From Ferrithrix thermotolerans DSM 19514 (GTDB lineage: Bacteria; Actinomycetota; Acidimicrobiia; Acidimicrobiales; Ilumatobacteraceae): DNA of 64,000 nt. Both the position numbers and the translations under genes were made by a program. The stretch's first letter is position 1; the number at the start of each line of letters is the position of its first letter. Location of the stretch: NCBI GenBank assembly GCA_945861025.1, contig CAMASN010000005.1, positions 7,239 to 71,238 on the forward strand, written 5' to 3'. Positions 31,874 to 39,946 of the stretch are shown here, piece after piece. The notes below the pieces were generated by a model. The model was not told where the DNA came from. It saw only the letters and a list, made by a program, of their open reading frames with translations, and made no database searches.

Positions 31874-33901
31874 ATGAGGCGACTCGCCCACATTTGGAGA
31901 ATTGTTGTCACCTTCGCAGTAGCGATGGCATTGACCGGTGGCGCCTTCGCAACCGATGCATTTGCCGACGCAACACCGCCTTTCATTCCTCGCGATGCCG
32001 ATTGGTTGGTCACGGTGAATTACTACCGCGAGATGGCTAATCTGGCGCCAGTAGCAGCCGACCCAGTGTTATCCGCGGGCGCCTACAACCACTCGTGCTA
32101 CATGCTTCAAAACGGCATCAGCCACGACGAGATTCCAGGCGTGCCCGGGTATAGCCCCAGCGGCGATCTCGCTGGCAACAACGGCAACGTTGCGGTGTCA
32201 AGCGCTTACAACGCCACAGCCCGCTCGCATGTTGAGTTGTGGATGACGGGGCCATTTCACGCAATCGGAGTGCTTCGTCCGAATCTAAAAACGGTTGGTT
32301 TTGGCAAGTGCGATGATCCATCTACACCGCTTTGGCATTCGGGTGCAACGCTCGACATCATCCGAGGCCTCGGGCCACAGGTGCCGCAAATCGTTCCGAT
32401 CACGTTCCCGGGCAACGGCACCACAACCAACCTTGATCGCTTTGTGGTCGAGACTCCAGATCCGTTGGGCTTTTGCGGATGGAGCGGCGCCGCCGGTTTG
32501 CCAGTGATTGCGCTGATGCCAGAAGCCCTGGGGTCAGCGCCATCGGCGACGATGCACAGCAGCAGCGGCAACCTTGAGGTGTGTGTGTTGTCGCAACACA
32601 ACACCACGGGTACGGCCCAAGCGATTTTGGCTGGTAACAACGCAGTTGTCGTCGTCCCTCGCATTCAGCTACCCGCCGATAGCTACACCGTGTCGGTTAC
32701 CTCGCGTGCTCGCGTTGTCGGTTGGACGTTTACAGTGGATCCCGCAGCGTCAACCGGCATGCAGCCTGTGCCGACGACGGCACCGCTCGGCAGTGGTGGT
32801 GGTTTGCACCCAGTCGTTCCAGAGCGCCTTGTTGACACACGTTTGAACCGTGGCGCCAGCCGTCTTGCCGACTTCACAACGAAGCGCATTCAGATCGCAG
32901 GCCGTGGCAGCGTTCCGGCCGATGCCCAAGCGATCAGTGCCAACTTCACGGTTGTCGGCCCCGAGATGGGCTCCTACCTCAGCATCTGGAACTGTTCGGC
33001 GAGTCGACCAACGGTGTCAACGCTGAACTTCGATGCCTTACAGACGGTTCCCAACGGAGCGAATGTGCCGCTCGACGCAACGGGCGGCTTGTGTGTGTAC
33101 TCGCCGTCAAGCACCGATTTACTCGTTGACGTAAACGGCTACTTCTCGCCGACGGCAACTGGGCATTTCGCCTCGGTGGCGCCGGCTCGATTGATGGATA
33201 CTCGAAGCGGCCTTGGCGCACCCTCACGCCTTGGCGCATTCTCGACCACGGTGCTTCGGGTGACCGGCGCTGAAGGCATTCCGGTGGGTGCCACTGCGGC
33301 GATGCTCAACGTGACCAGTGTTTTCCCTGACTACAACGGCTTTGTCTCCGTGTACCCGTGTGATGCGCCGATGCCAACAGTGTCGAGCCTGAACCCAGCG
33401 ATATGGACGATCACCCCCAATAACGTGGTGACCCCTATTGCTGCCGATGGAACCGTGTGTATCTACACCTCGACTCCGGTGGATCTCGTGGTCGACATCA
33501 CCGGCTCGGTGAATGACGTAGCGACGCACGACTACGTGCCCGCCGCACCATTCAGGCTCACCGACACCCGCGACCGTCTTCGGATTGAGATGCAAGGCGG
33601 AGTGAACGGCCTCCTAGTGGCACAGGGTCAGACCCTGGTTATCCAAGTGGCTGGCACCCGCGGCATCGCTGCTGGAGCGAAGGGCATCTCTGCCAACTTC
33701 ACTGCCGTGGGCGCGTCCACATGGGGGTATCTCACTGTGTGGCCGTGCGGCGAGCGACCCACCACCTCGGTGGTGAACTTTGTGCCTCTGAACGCGATTG
33801 CCAACGGGGCGCAAGTGCCGCTATCGGAATCGGGCCAACTGTGCGTCTATGCATCGAACCCCACCCACGTGATCATCGACGTCAACGGTTGGTGGAAGTA
33901 G
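31874..33901 (+). CDS. Secreted protein: signal peptide, CAP/SCP (PR-1-like) domain, middle region, and 3 tandem copies of the same ~120-aa repeat
   Basis: The ATG at 31874 is preceded by GAAGGAA. Signal peptide MRRLAHIWRIVVTFAVAMALTGGAFATDAFA. CAP-like VNYYREMANLAPV...SHVELWMTGPFHAIGVLRPNLKTVGFG. The 89-aa upstream extension in the track ORF was rejected. Confidence 0.8.
   Translation: MRRLAHIWRIVVTFAVAMALTGGAFATDAFADATPPFIPRDADWLVTVNYYREMANLAPVAADPVLSAGAYNHSCYMLQNGISHDEIPGVPGYSPSGDLAGNNGNVAVSSAYNATARSHVELWMTGPFHAIGVLRPNLKTVGFGKCDDPSTPLWHSGATLDIIRGLGPQVPQIVPITFPGNGTTTNLDRFVVETPDPLGFCGWSGAAGLPVIALMPEALGSAPSATMHSSSGNLEVCVLSQHNTTGTAQAILAGNNAVVVVPRIQLPADSYTVSVTSRARVVGWTFTVDPAASTGMQPVPTTAPLGSGGGLHPVVPERLVDTRLNRGASRLADFTTKRIQIAGRGSVPADAQAISANFTVVGPEMGSYLSIWNCSASRPTVSTLNFDALQTVPNGANVPLDATGGLCVYSPSSTDLLVDVNGYFSPTATGHFASVAPARLMDTRSGLGAPSRLGAFSTTVLRVTGAEGIPVGATAAMLNVTSVFPDYNGFVSVYPCDAPMPTVSSLNPAIWTITPNNVVTPIAADGTVCIYTSTPVDLVVDITGSVNDVATHDYVPAAPFRLTDTRDRLRIEMQGGVNGLLVAQGQTLVIQVAGTRGIAAGAKGISANFTAVGASTWGYLTVWPCGERPTTSVVNFVPLNAIANGAQVPLSESGQLCVYASNPTHVIIDVNGWWK
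32804..33898 (+). repeat. Three tandem protein-level repeats (32804-33166, 33167-33532, 33533-33898) of the module also found at 25817-26932
   Basis: PERLVDTR / PARLMDTR / PFRLTDTR openings, N-[FV]-T, [WY]-[NP]-C, S-x-[LV]-N, C-[VI]-Y, D-[VI]-[NT]-G closings. Confidence 0.75.
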
Positions 33902-33914
33902 CCACCAACCGTGG

Positions 33915-36626
33915 CTACATATGGGTCGGGTCTGGTGCGTCGGGGTTGATGTTGTAACGACGGATCGCATCGGCAACCACGGCAGGCTGCAACGAACCAG
34001 TTGCGGCAAGCGCAGACAACGTGGCAACCACGATGTGCCCTGCGTCGACCTCGAAGTGATGACGCAACGCCTCTCGTGTGTCGGAACGTCCCATACCATC
34101 CGTGCCGAGCGAGATGAACTGTCGACCCGACACGAACCGGGCGATCTGATCGGGCACCGCTTTCATGAAATCGGTGGTGGCGATGATTGGCCCCGGCGAC
34201 TGATGCAGCAGGCTGGTGACCAACGAAACCTGCGGCGCTGACTCGGGGTGCAGGCGGTTCCGGCGTTCGGTAGCGAGCGCCTCTTCGCGCAGAGCTTTGT
34301 ATGAGGTTGCTGACCACAACTCGGCACCAACGCCGTAGAGCCTGAGCAGGTCGGCTGCTGCAGCACGCACCGCGCCTTGGGCCGAACCCGAGAACAACAA
34401 CGTGGCGCCCAGGTCGGCAGCGGGAGCTTCGGCGAATCGATACAAGCCACGGACGATCTCTTCATCGATGCCCTCGCGTTGGGGAATCGCAGGCATTGCG
34501 TAGGTCTCGTTGTACAGCGTGAGGTAGTAGAAGATGTCTTCGCTCTGCGGGCCGTACATGCGATGCAGGCCAGCGCGCACGATGGCGGCCACCTCGTACG
34601 CGAACGCAGGGTCGTATGCCTGACACGCTGGCACGGTGCTCGCGAGCACCAAGCTGTGGCCGTCTTGATGCTGCAAGCCCTCGCCCATCAAGGTGGTTCG
34701 CCCGGCAGTTGCGCCGAGCAAGAAACCCTTGGTGCGCGCGTCGGCTGCTTGCCAGATGAGGTCGCCCACACGTTGGAAACCAAACATTGAGTAGAACGTG
34801 TAGAACGGCACCATCGGCACACCGCGTGTTGCGTATGCCGTGCCTGCGGCAATGAAGCTGGCGAGTGAGCCGGCTTCGGTGATGCCTTCCTCGAGAATCT
34901 GTCCGTCGCTGGATTCGGCGTATGACTGAAGCAAATCGTGGTCTACGGGCTCGTACTTTTGGCCTTGCGACGCATAGATCTTGAGTTCGCGGAACAAGCC
35001 GTCCATGCCGAACGTGCGCGCTTCGTCGGGCACGATTGGAACGATGCGCTGACCAATGTGTGGATCGCGGCACAGGCTGCGAAGGAGCCGCGTGAATCCC
35101 ATGGTGGTGCTCACGGCCGCGTCGGCCGAGCCAGCGCGCAGTTCGCCGAAGGCGGCATCGTCGGGAAGGTCGAGGGCGCGACGAGTCTTGATGACACGAC
35201 GCGGGACACTCCCGCCAAGGGCGCGTCGCCGCTCGATCATGTATTGGTATTCGACGCTGTCTTGTGGCGGGCGATAGTAGGGGAGTGCGCCGTTATCGAA
35301 GGCGGTGTCGGGGATCTCGTCGCGAAGGAATAACCGATCGCGCAGCGCCATCAATTGATCGGCGGTGAGCTTTTTGATCTGGTGGGTGGCGTTGCGACCT
35401 TCGACATCGGGGCCAAGCGTCCAGCCCTTGATGGTCTTGCACAAAATGACGGTGGGCGCACCGCTGCCGAGGTTGTCGACTGCGGCCTTATACGCGGCGT
35501 AGAGCTTGTGATAATCGTGCCCGCCGCGCGGCAGGTTGAGCAGATCATGGTCGGACAGGTGGGTCACCATTTGGCGTAGCCGCGGGTCGGGGCCAAAGAA
35601 GTTCTCGCGAATGAAGTTGCCGTCTTCGACCGAGTAACGCTGAAACTCGCCGTCGACGGTGTTGTTCATCTGATTGAGCAAGACGCCGTCGGTGTCGGCG
35701 GCCAGCAGGTCGTCCCATTTGGATCCCCAAATGACCTTGATCACGTTCCAGCCGGCACCGCGGAAGGTGGCCTCGAGTTCTTGGATGACCTTGCCGTTGC
35801 CGCGCACGGGTCCATCGAGTCGCTGCAGGTTGCAGTTCACCACGAAGATCAGGTTGTCGAGCTTCTCTCGGCTGGCCAACGAAATAGAGCCGAGCGTTTC
35901 GGGTTCGTCGCACTCGCCGTCGCCCACGAAGGCCCACACGCGGCTTTGGCTGGTGTCGTCAAGGCGGCGGTTGTGAAGGTAGCGATTGAACCGGGCTTGA
36001 TACAGCGCGGAGAGCGGGCCGAGGCCCATGCTGACCGTGGGGAACTCCCAGAAATCGGGCATCAGGCGGGGGTGCGGATAGCTACTGAGGCCGCGTCCGT
36101 CGCGTCCGATTTCACGGCGGAAGTGGTCGAGATCGTTTTCGCTGAGGCGGCCTTCGAGAAACGCTCGGGCGTATATGCCGGGAGCAGCGTGACCTTGAAA
36201 GTACACATGATCGCCGGCCATGCCGTCGTCTTTGCCGCGGAAAAAATGGTTGAAGCCAATCTCGTAGAGGCTGGCGCTGCTGGCAAACGTAGAGAGGTGA
36301 CCACCCACGCCCTCAGCGAGGGTGTTGGCGCGCACGACCATCATCGCTGCGTTCCAGCGGACGTAGGCGCGTACCCGTTGTTCGAGGTAGCTGTCTCCGG
36401 GGAACCAGGGCTCGCTCTCGCGAGGGATGGTGTTCACATACGGCGTGCTCACGGTGGGCGGGAAGCTCACTTGGCTGGACTGAGCGTGCTCGAGCAGCTT
36501 GCTCAACAAGTAGCGGGCTCGGGATTTGCCGTGCACATCGATGACGGCGTCGAGGCTGTCGAGCCATTCTTGCGTTTCGCCGGGATCGGTATCGGGGAGT
36601 TGGTTGACGAATCCGTCAAAAGTCAT
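33915..36626 (-). CDS. aceE: Pyruvate dehydrogenase E1 component, homodimeric type
   Basis: 903 aa. DPGETQEWLDSLDAVI N-terminus; GDGECDEPETLGS (ThDP-binding region). Confidence 0.95.
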   Translation of the reverse strand: MTFDGFVNQLPDTDPGETQEWLDSLDAVIDVHGKSRARYLLSKLLEHAQSSQVSFPPTVSTPYVNTIPRESEPWFPGDSYLEQRVRAYVRWNAAMMVVRANTLAEGVGGHLSTFASSASLYEIGFNHFFRGKDDGMAGDHVYFQGHAAPGIYARAFLEGRLSENDLDHFRREIGRDGRGLSSYPHPRLMPDFWEFPTVSMGLGPLSALYQARFNRYLHNRRLDDTSQSRVWAFVGDGECDEPETLGSISLASREKLDNLIFVVNCNLQRLDGPVRGNGKVIQELEATFRGAGWNVIKVIWGSKWDDLLAADTDGVLLNQMNNTVDGEFQRYSVEDGNFIRENFFGPDPRLRQMVTHLSDHDLLNLPRGGHDYHKLYAAYKAAVDNLGSGAPTVILCKTIKGWTLGPDVEGRNATHQIKKLTADQLMALRDRLFLRDEIPDTAFDNGALPYYRPPQDSVEYQYMIERRRALGGSVPRRVIKTRRALDLPDDAAFGELRAGSADAAVSTTMGFTRLLRSLCRDPHIGQRIVPIVPDEARTFGMDGLFRELKIYASQGQKYEPVDHDLLQSYAESSDGQILEEGITEAGSLASFIAAGTAYATRGVPMVPFYTFYSMFGFQRVGDLIWQAADARTKGFLLGATAGRTTLMGEGLQHQDGHSLVLASTVPACQAYDPAFAYEVAAIVRAGLHRMYGPQSEDIFYYLTLYNETYAMPAIPQREGIDEEIVRGLYRFAEAPAADLGATLLFSGSAQGAVRAAAADLLRLYGVGAELWSATSYKALREEALATERRNRLHPESAPQVSLVTSLLHQSPGPIIATTDFMKAVPDQIARFVSGRQFISLGTDGMGRSDTREALRHHFEVDAGHIVVATLSALAATGSLQPAVVADAIRRYNINPDAPDPTHM

Positions 36627-36701
36627 GGGACGTAGTCTGTCAGGGTTACCACTCGGTACCGGTTACCTGCGCGCGACTCGAGTGGTGGCAAGATCTACCC
36701 C

Positions 36702-37175
36702 GTGATTGAGGTCTTTACTGATGGAGCGTGCCAAGGCAACCCCGGCCCGGGTGGATGGGCGTGGGCGGTTGCTCCCGATGGCTCGCCGTCGGGTTCGGGC
36801 GGTGCAGCGCACACCACGAACCAACGCATGGAGGTGCAAGCTGTGCTCGAGGCGCTGCGCGAACTCACCGGCGAGATCACCATTGTGTCTGACTCCACCT
36901 ATGTGGTGAACTGCTTTCGCGATCGTTGGTGGGCTAAGTGGGAACGCAACGGTTGGCGTAACTCGCAAAAGCAGCCGGTAGCCAACACCGATCTGTGGAT
37001 CCCGCTCATCGAACTGGTCAAGGTTCGTCAGCCCGCCTTTCGTTGGGTAAAGGGCCACAGCGGCAACCGGATGAACGATCTCGTCGACCAGCTTGCTGTC
37101 GCCGCAGCGAAAGGTCCGTTTGACGTCGATTCGGTCGAGAGCACCGATGCCGGTGGGCCGCTCACATTGTTCTAA
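36702..37175 (+). CDS. rnhA: Ribonuclease HI
   Basis: IEVFTDGACQGNPGPGGWAWAV...TNQRMEVQAVLEAL...VSDSTYVVN...WVKGHSGNRMNDLVDQLA. Confidence 0.9.
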   Translation: MIEVFTDGACQGNPGPGGWAWAVAPDGSPSGSGGAAHTTNQRMEVQAVLEALRELTGEITIVSDSTYVVNCFRDRWWAKWERNGWRNSQKQPVANTDLWIPLIELVKVRQPAFRWVKGHSGNRMNDLVDQLAVAAAKGPFDVDSVESTDAGGPLTLF

Positions 37176-37205
37176 TTCGCCGCCGGAAGCTGTTGTTGCC
37201 TAGCC

Positions 37206-37991
37206 TTGCGAACTATGGATCTCAACGGCGTTAGCGCAATTGTCACTGGTGGAGCTTCGGGTATCGGAGCCGCCACCGCTCGTCTTCTCGCCAGCAAGGG
37301 CGCAAAAGTGGTCGTGGCCGACCTGCAAGAAGATCGCGGTACGGCGCTCGCCACCGAAATCGGCGGCGCCTTCTGTCGTGTCGACGTCACCAAGACCGAC
37401 GAAATTGTGAACGCGATCGAGATGGCCAAGAGCATGGGCCCACTTCGCGTGCTGGTGAACTCGGCCGGTATCGGCTGGGCGCAGCGCACCATCGGCAAAG
37501 ACGGCAGCTACGACTCGGCCGCCAACCTCGAGGCCTTCAAGAAGGTCATCGCGATCAACCTCGTCGGCACCTTCGATTGCATCCGCCTTGCAGCGACTGC
37601 AATGAGCACAACCGAGCCACTCGAATACGGCGAGCGTGGCGCCATCGTGAACATTGCGTCGGTCGCAGCGTTCGATGGTCAGATCGGCCAAGCCAGCTAT
37701 TCGGCCTCGAAGGGCGGCGTTGTGGGCATGACCTTGCCAATCGCTCGTGACCTGTCGGCGTCGGGTATCCGCGTCAACACTGTTGCGCCGGGCCTCATCG
37801 ACACACCCATCTACGGCCAGGGCGAGGGCAGCGAAGCGTTTAAGGCGAACCTCGAAAAGGGTGTGCTCTTCCCTCATCGTTTGGGCGAAGGCACCGAGTT
37901 GGCCAGCATGGTGGTCGAGTGCATCACCAACAGCTACATGAATGCCGAGACCATCCGGGTCGACGGTGGCATTCGTATGCCACCAAAGTGA
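37206..37991 (+). CDS. Short-chain dehydrogenase/reductase (3-hydroxyacyl-CoA dehydrogenase type 2-like)
   Basis: AIVTGGASGIGAATA...SYSASKGGVVGMTLPIARDL...IRVNTVAPGLIDTP. Confidence 0.9.
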   Translation: MRTMDLNGVSAIVTGGASGIGAATARLLASKGAKVVVADLQEDRGTALATEIGGAFCRVDVTKTDEIVNAIEMAKSMGPLRVLVNSAGIGWAQRTIGKDGSYDSAANLEAFKKVIAINLVGTFDCIRLAATAMSTTEPLEYGERGAIVNIASVAAFDGQIGQASYSASKGGVVGMTLPIARDLSASGIRVNTVAPGLIDTPIYGQGEGSEAFKANLEKGVLFPHRLGEGTELASMVVECITNSYMNAETIRVDGGIRMPPK

Positions 37992-38181
37992 CCTGAGTCG
38001 TCAATAACTCTCACGTCTCGCATTGCGCCCGTCTGCATGGGCGCGATGTGAGACAGCAGTTGATTCCGCCTCCCAAATCGCGCCCATGCAAGCGGGATGG
38101 CGGATGGGGTGCTGGCGGATTTGAGGGTGGCGGATGGGGCTGCCGATGTCGCACTGCCGACGTTGCGCCAGCTGGCGGGTG

Positions 38182-39363
38182 TCAGGTGGTGTAGTCGGCG
38201 TTGATGCGCACGTATCCGTCGGTGAGATCGCATCCCCACACGGTGGCGGTGCCGTCGGCAATGCCGAGGCTCACATGAATGAGTACTTCGTCGCCGCCAA
38301 GGTACGCGCTGAGTTGGGCGAGGCCGGCAGCATCGACCTGATTCGGGAAGCACTCTTGCGAGCCGAACCTAATGACCACGTTGTCTTCGATGATGTCGGT
38401 TTCGTCGCCGCACTTGCCGACGGCCATCGCTACTCGGCCCCAGTTGGGATCGGCGCCATGAACGGCAGTCTTCACGAGCGGTGAGTTCACGATTGCTTTG
38501 GCCACGCGCTTGGCCTGGGCGTTGTCGCGAGCACCATCGACCACAACCTCAATGAGCGTTTCGGCGCCTTCGCCATCGCGCGCAACTTGCTTGGTAAGCG
38601 ACAGGGCTACGTGGAACAGCGCAGCCTCGAACGCAACGATGTCTACCGAGCCGGCCACACCGCTGGCAAGCACGATGGCAGTGTCGCTGGTGGATGTGTC
38701 GGTGTCTACCGAGACGCAGTTGAACGTGCCGTCGATGACTCGGCGAAAGATGGTGTCGAGCGACGCGGGGTCGATGTCGGCATCGGTGAACATGAGCGTG
38801 ATGAGCGTGGCCATGTTTGGCTCGATCATGCCAACGCCCTTGGCGACGCCGACAACCACTGCGGTGGAACCGGCGATAGTTGCAGATGCAACTTTCTCGA
38901 CCGTGTCGGTGGTCATGATGCCCGTGGCCACAGCGTGAGCGTCGTTGCTAGCGAATGGCAGCGACAACTCAGACAGCGCAGACAGGCCAGAGCGAATGCG
39001 GTCCATTGGATACTGGCGGCCGATAACGCCAGTAGAAGCGATCTGTACTTCGTGTGCGGGGCAACCAAGCGCGCTGGCGACGCCAGCGACGATCTCGTGA
39101 GCATTTGCCAGACCCTGCTCGCCCGTAGCCACGTTGGCGTTCTTTGAGATAACAACCACGCCCCGGGCACGATGCTGGGCGATGTTGGCCCGACTCACCA
39201 CCACGCTTGGCCCGCTAAAACGGCTTTGGGTGAACACCGCCGCTGCAGCACATGTGTGATCGGCGGCAACAACAACAAAATCGGTGCTGGTGTTTTTGAC
39301 GCCAACGTTGGCGACGTGGCAACTGAAACCGCGGGGGAGCGAAAGCGACATAGTGCTGCTCAT
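38182..39363 (-). CDS. argJ: ArgJ-family glutamate N-acetyltransferase / ornithine acetyltransferase
   Basis: GFSCHVANVGVK...GIMTTDT...GVGMIEPNMATLITLMFTDA (self-cleavage Thr region)...RINADYTT C-terminus. Confidence 0.8.
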   Translation of the reverse strand: MSSTMSLSLPRGFSCHVANVGVKNTSTDFVVVAADHTCAAAAVFTQSRFSGPSVVVSRANIAQHRARGVVVISKNANVATGEQGLANAHEIVAGVASALGCPAHEVQIASTGVIGRQYPMDRIRSGLSALSELSLPFASNDAHAVATGIMTTDTVEKVASATIAGSTAVVVGVAKGVGMIEPNMATLITLMFTDADIDPASLDTIFRRVIDGTFNCVSVDTDTSTSDTAIVLASGVAGSVDIVAFEAALFHVALSLTKQVARDGEGAETLIEVVVDGARDNAQAKRVAKAIVNSPLVKTAVHGADPNWGRVAMAVGKCGDETDIIEDNVVIRFGSQECFPNQVDAAGLAQLSAYLGGDEVLIHVSLGIADGTATVWGCDLTDGYVRINADYTT

Positions 39364-39384
39364 GTTAGATGCCTGTGGGGCTTG

Positions 39385-39852
39385 TTAGCGGGTGCGTTTT
39401 GGGGTCTCGGCGAGGCCTGCTCCGACGGCGGCAAAGATGTCACCAAGCACTTCGATCTGAGCCGGGGTGAGCCGATCGATGAGGTGTGTGCGCACGCTGC
39501 GCACGTGGTCGGCGACAGCCGCCTTGAACGCTGCGAGTCCCGGGGGCGTGATGTAGGCGAAGGTGACGCGTCGATCGTTGGTGCATTGGGCCCGGCTGAC
39601 ATAGCCGGCCTTCACGAGACCATCGAGTCGACGAGTGAGGCCGCTGGGCGAGAGGTTGAGGCGTTCGGACAGGTCGCACATACGCACCTGCCCTTCGGAT
39701 GCCTCACTGAGCAACATCAACACCTCGTAGTCGCCGAGCGAGAGCTGATGGGGCGAGAGCCCGTGCTCAAGCGCAGCCTGCAGTTGATAAGTGGTTTCGA
39801 TGTACGCGCGCCACGCTCGCATCTCTGCGGGGGAGAGCCACTTCGTTGCCAT
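39385..39852 (-). CDS. MarR-family transcriptional regulator
   Basis: 155 aa. LSLGDYEVLMLLSEA...MCDLSERLNLSPSGLTRRLDGLVKAGYVSRAQCTNDRR (winged helix-turn-helix). Confidence 0.85.
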   Translation of the reverse strand: MATKWLSPAEMRAWRAYIETTYQLQAALEHGLSPHQLSLGDYEVLMLLSEASEGQVRMCDLSERLNLSPSGLTRRLDGLVKAGYVSRAQCTNDRRVTFAYITPPGLAAFKAAVADHVRSVRTHLIDRLTPAQIEVLGDIFAAVGAGLAETPKRTR

Positions 39853-39877
39853 GGCGAAGACACTAACAATTTTCCTG

Positions 39878-39929
39878 ACAATAGTTGCGACCGCAAATGA
39901 TTGCGCTTACAATAGTTCGCATCGCAACT
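39878..39929. promoter_or_regulatory. Candidate MarR operator(s) in the marR / yceI divergent region
   Basis: Direct repeat ACAATAGTT at 39878 and 39909. Palindrome TTGCG-AC-CGCAA at 39885-39896. AGTTGCGA (39883) is the reverse complement of TCGCAACT (39922). Confidence 0.4.
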
Positions 39930-39946
39930 AAATAGGAGAACGGCTC

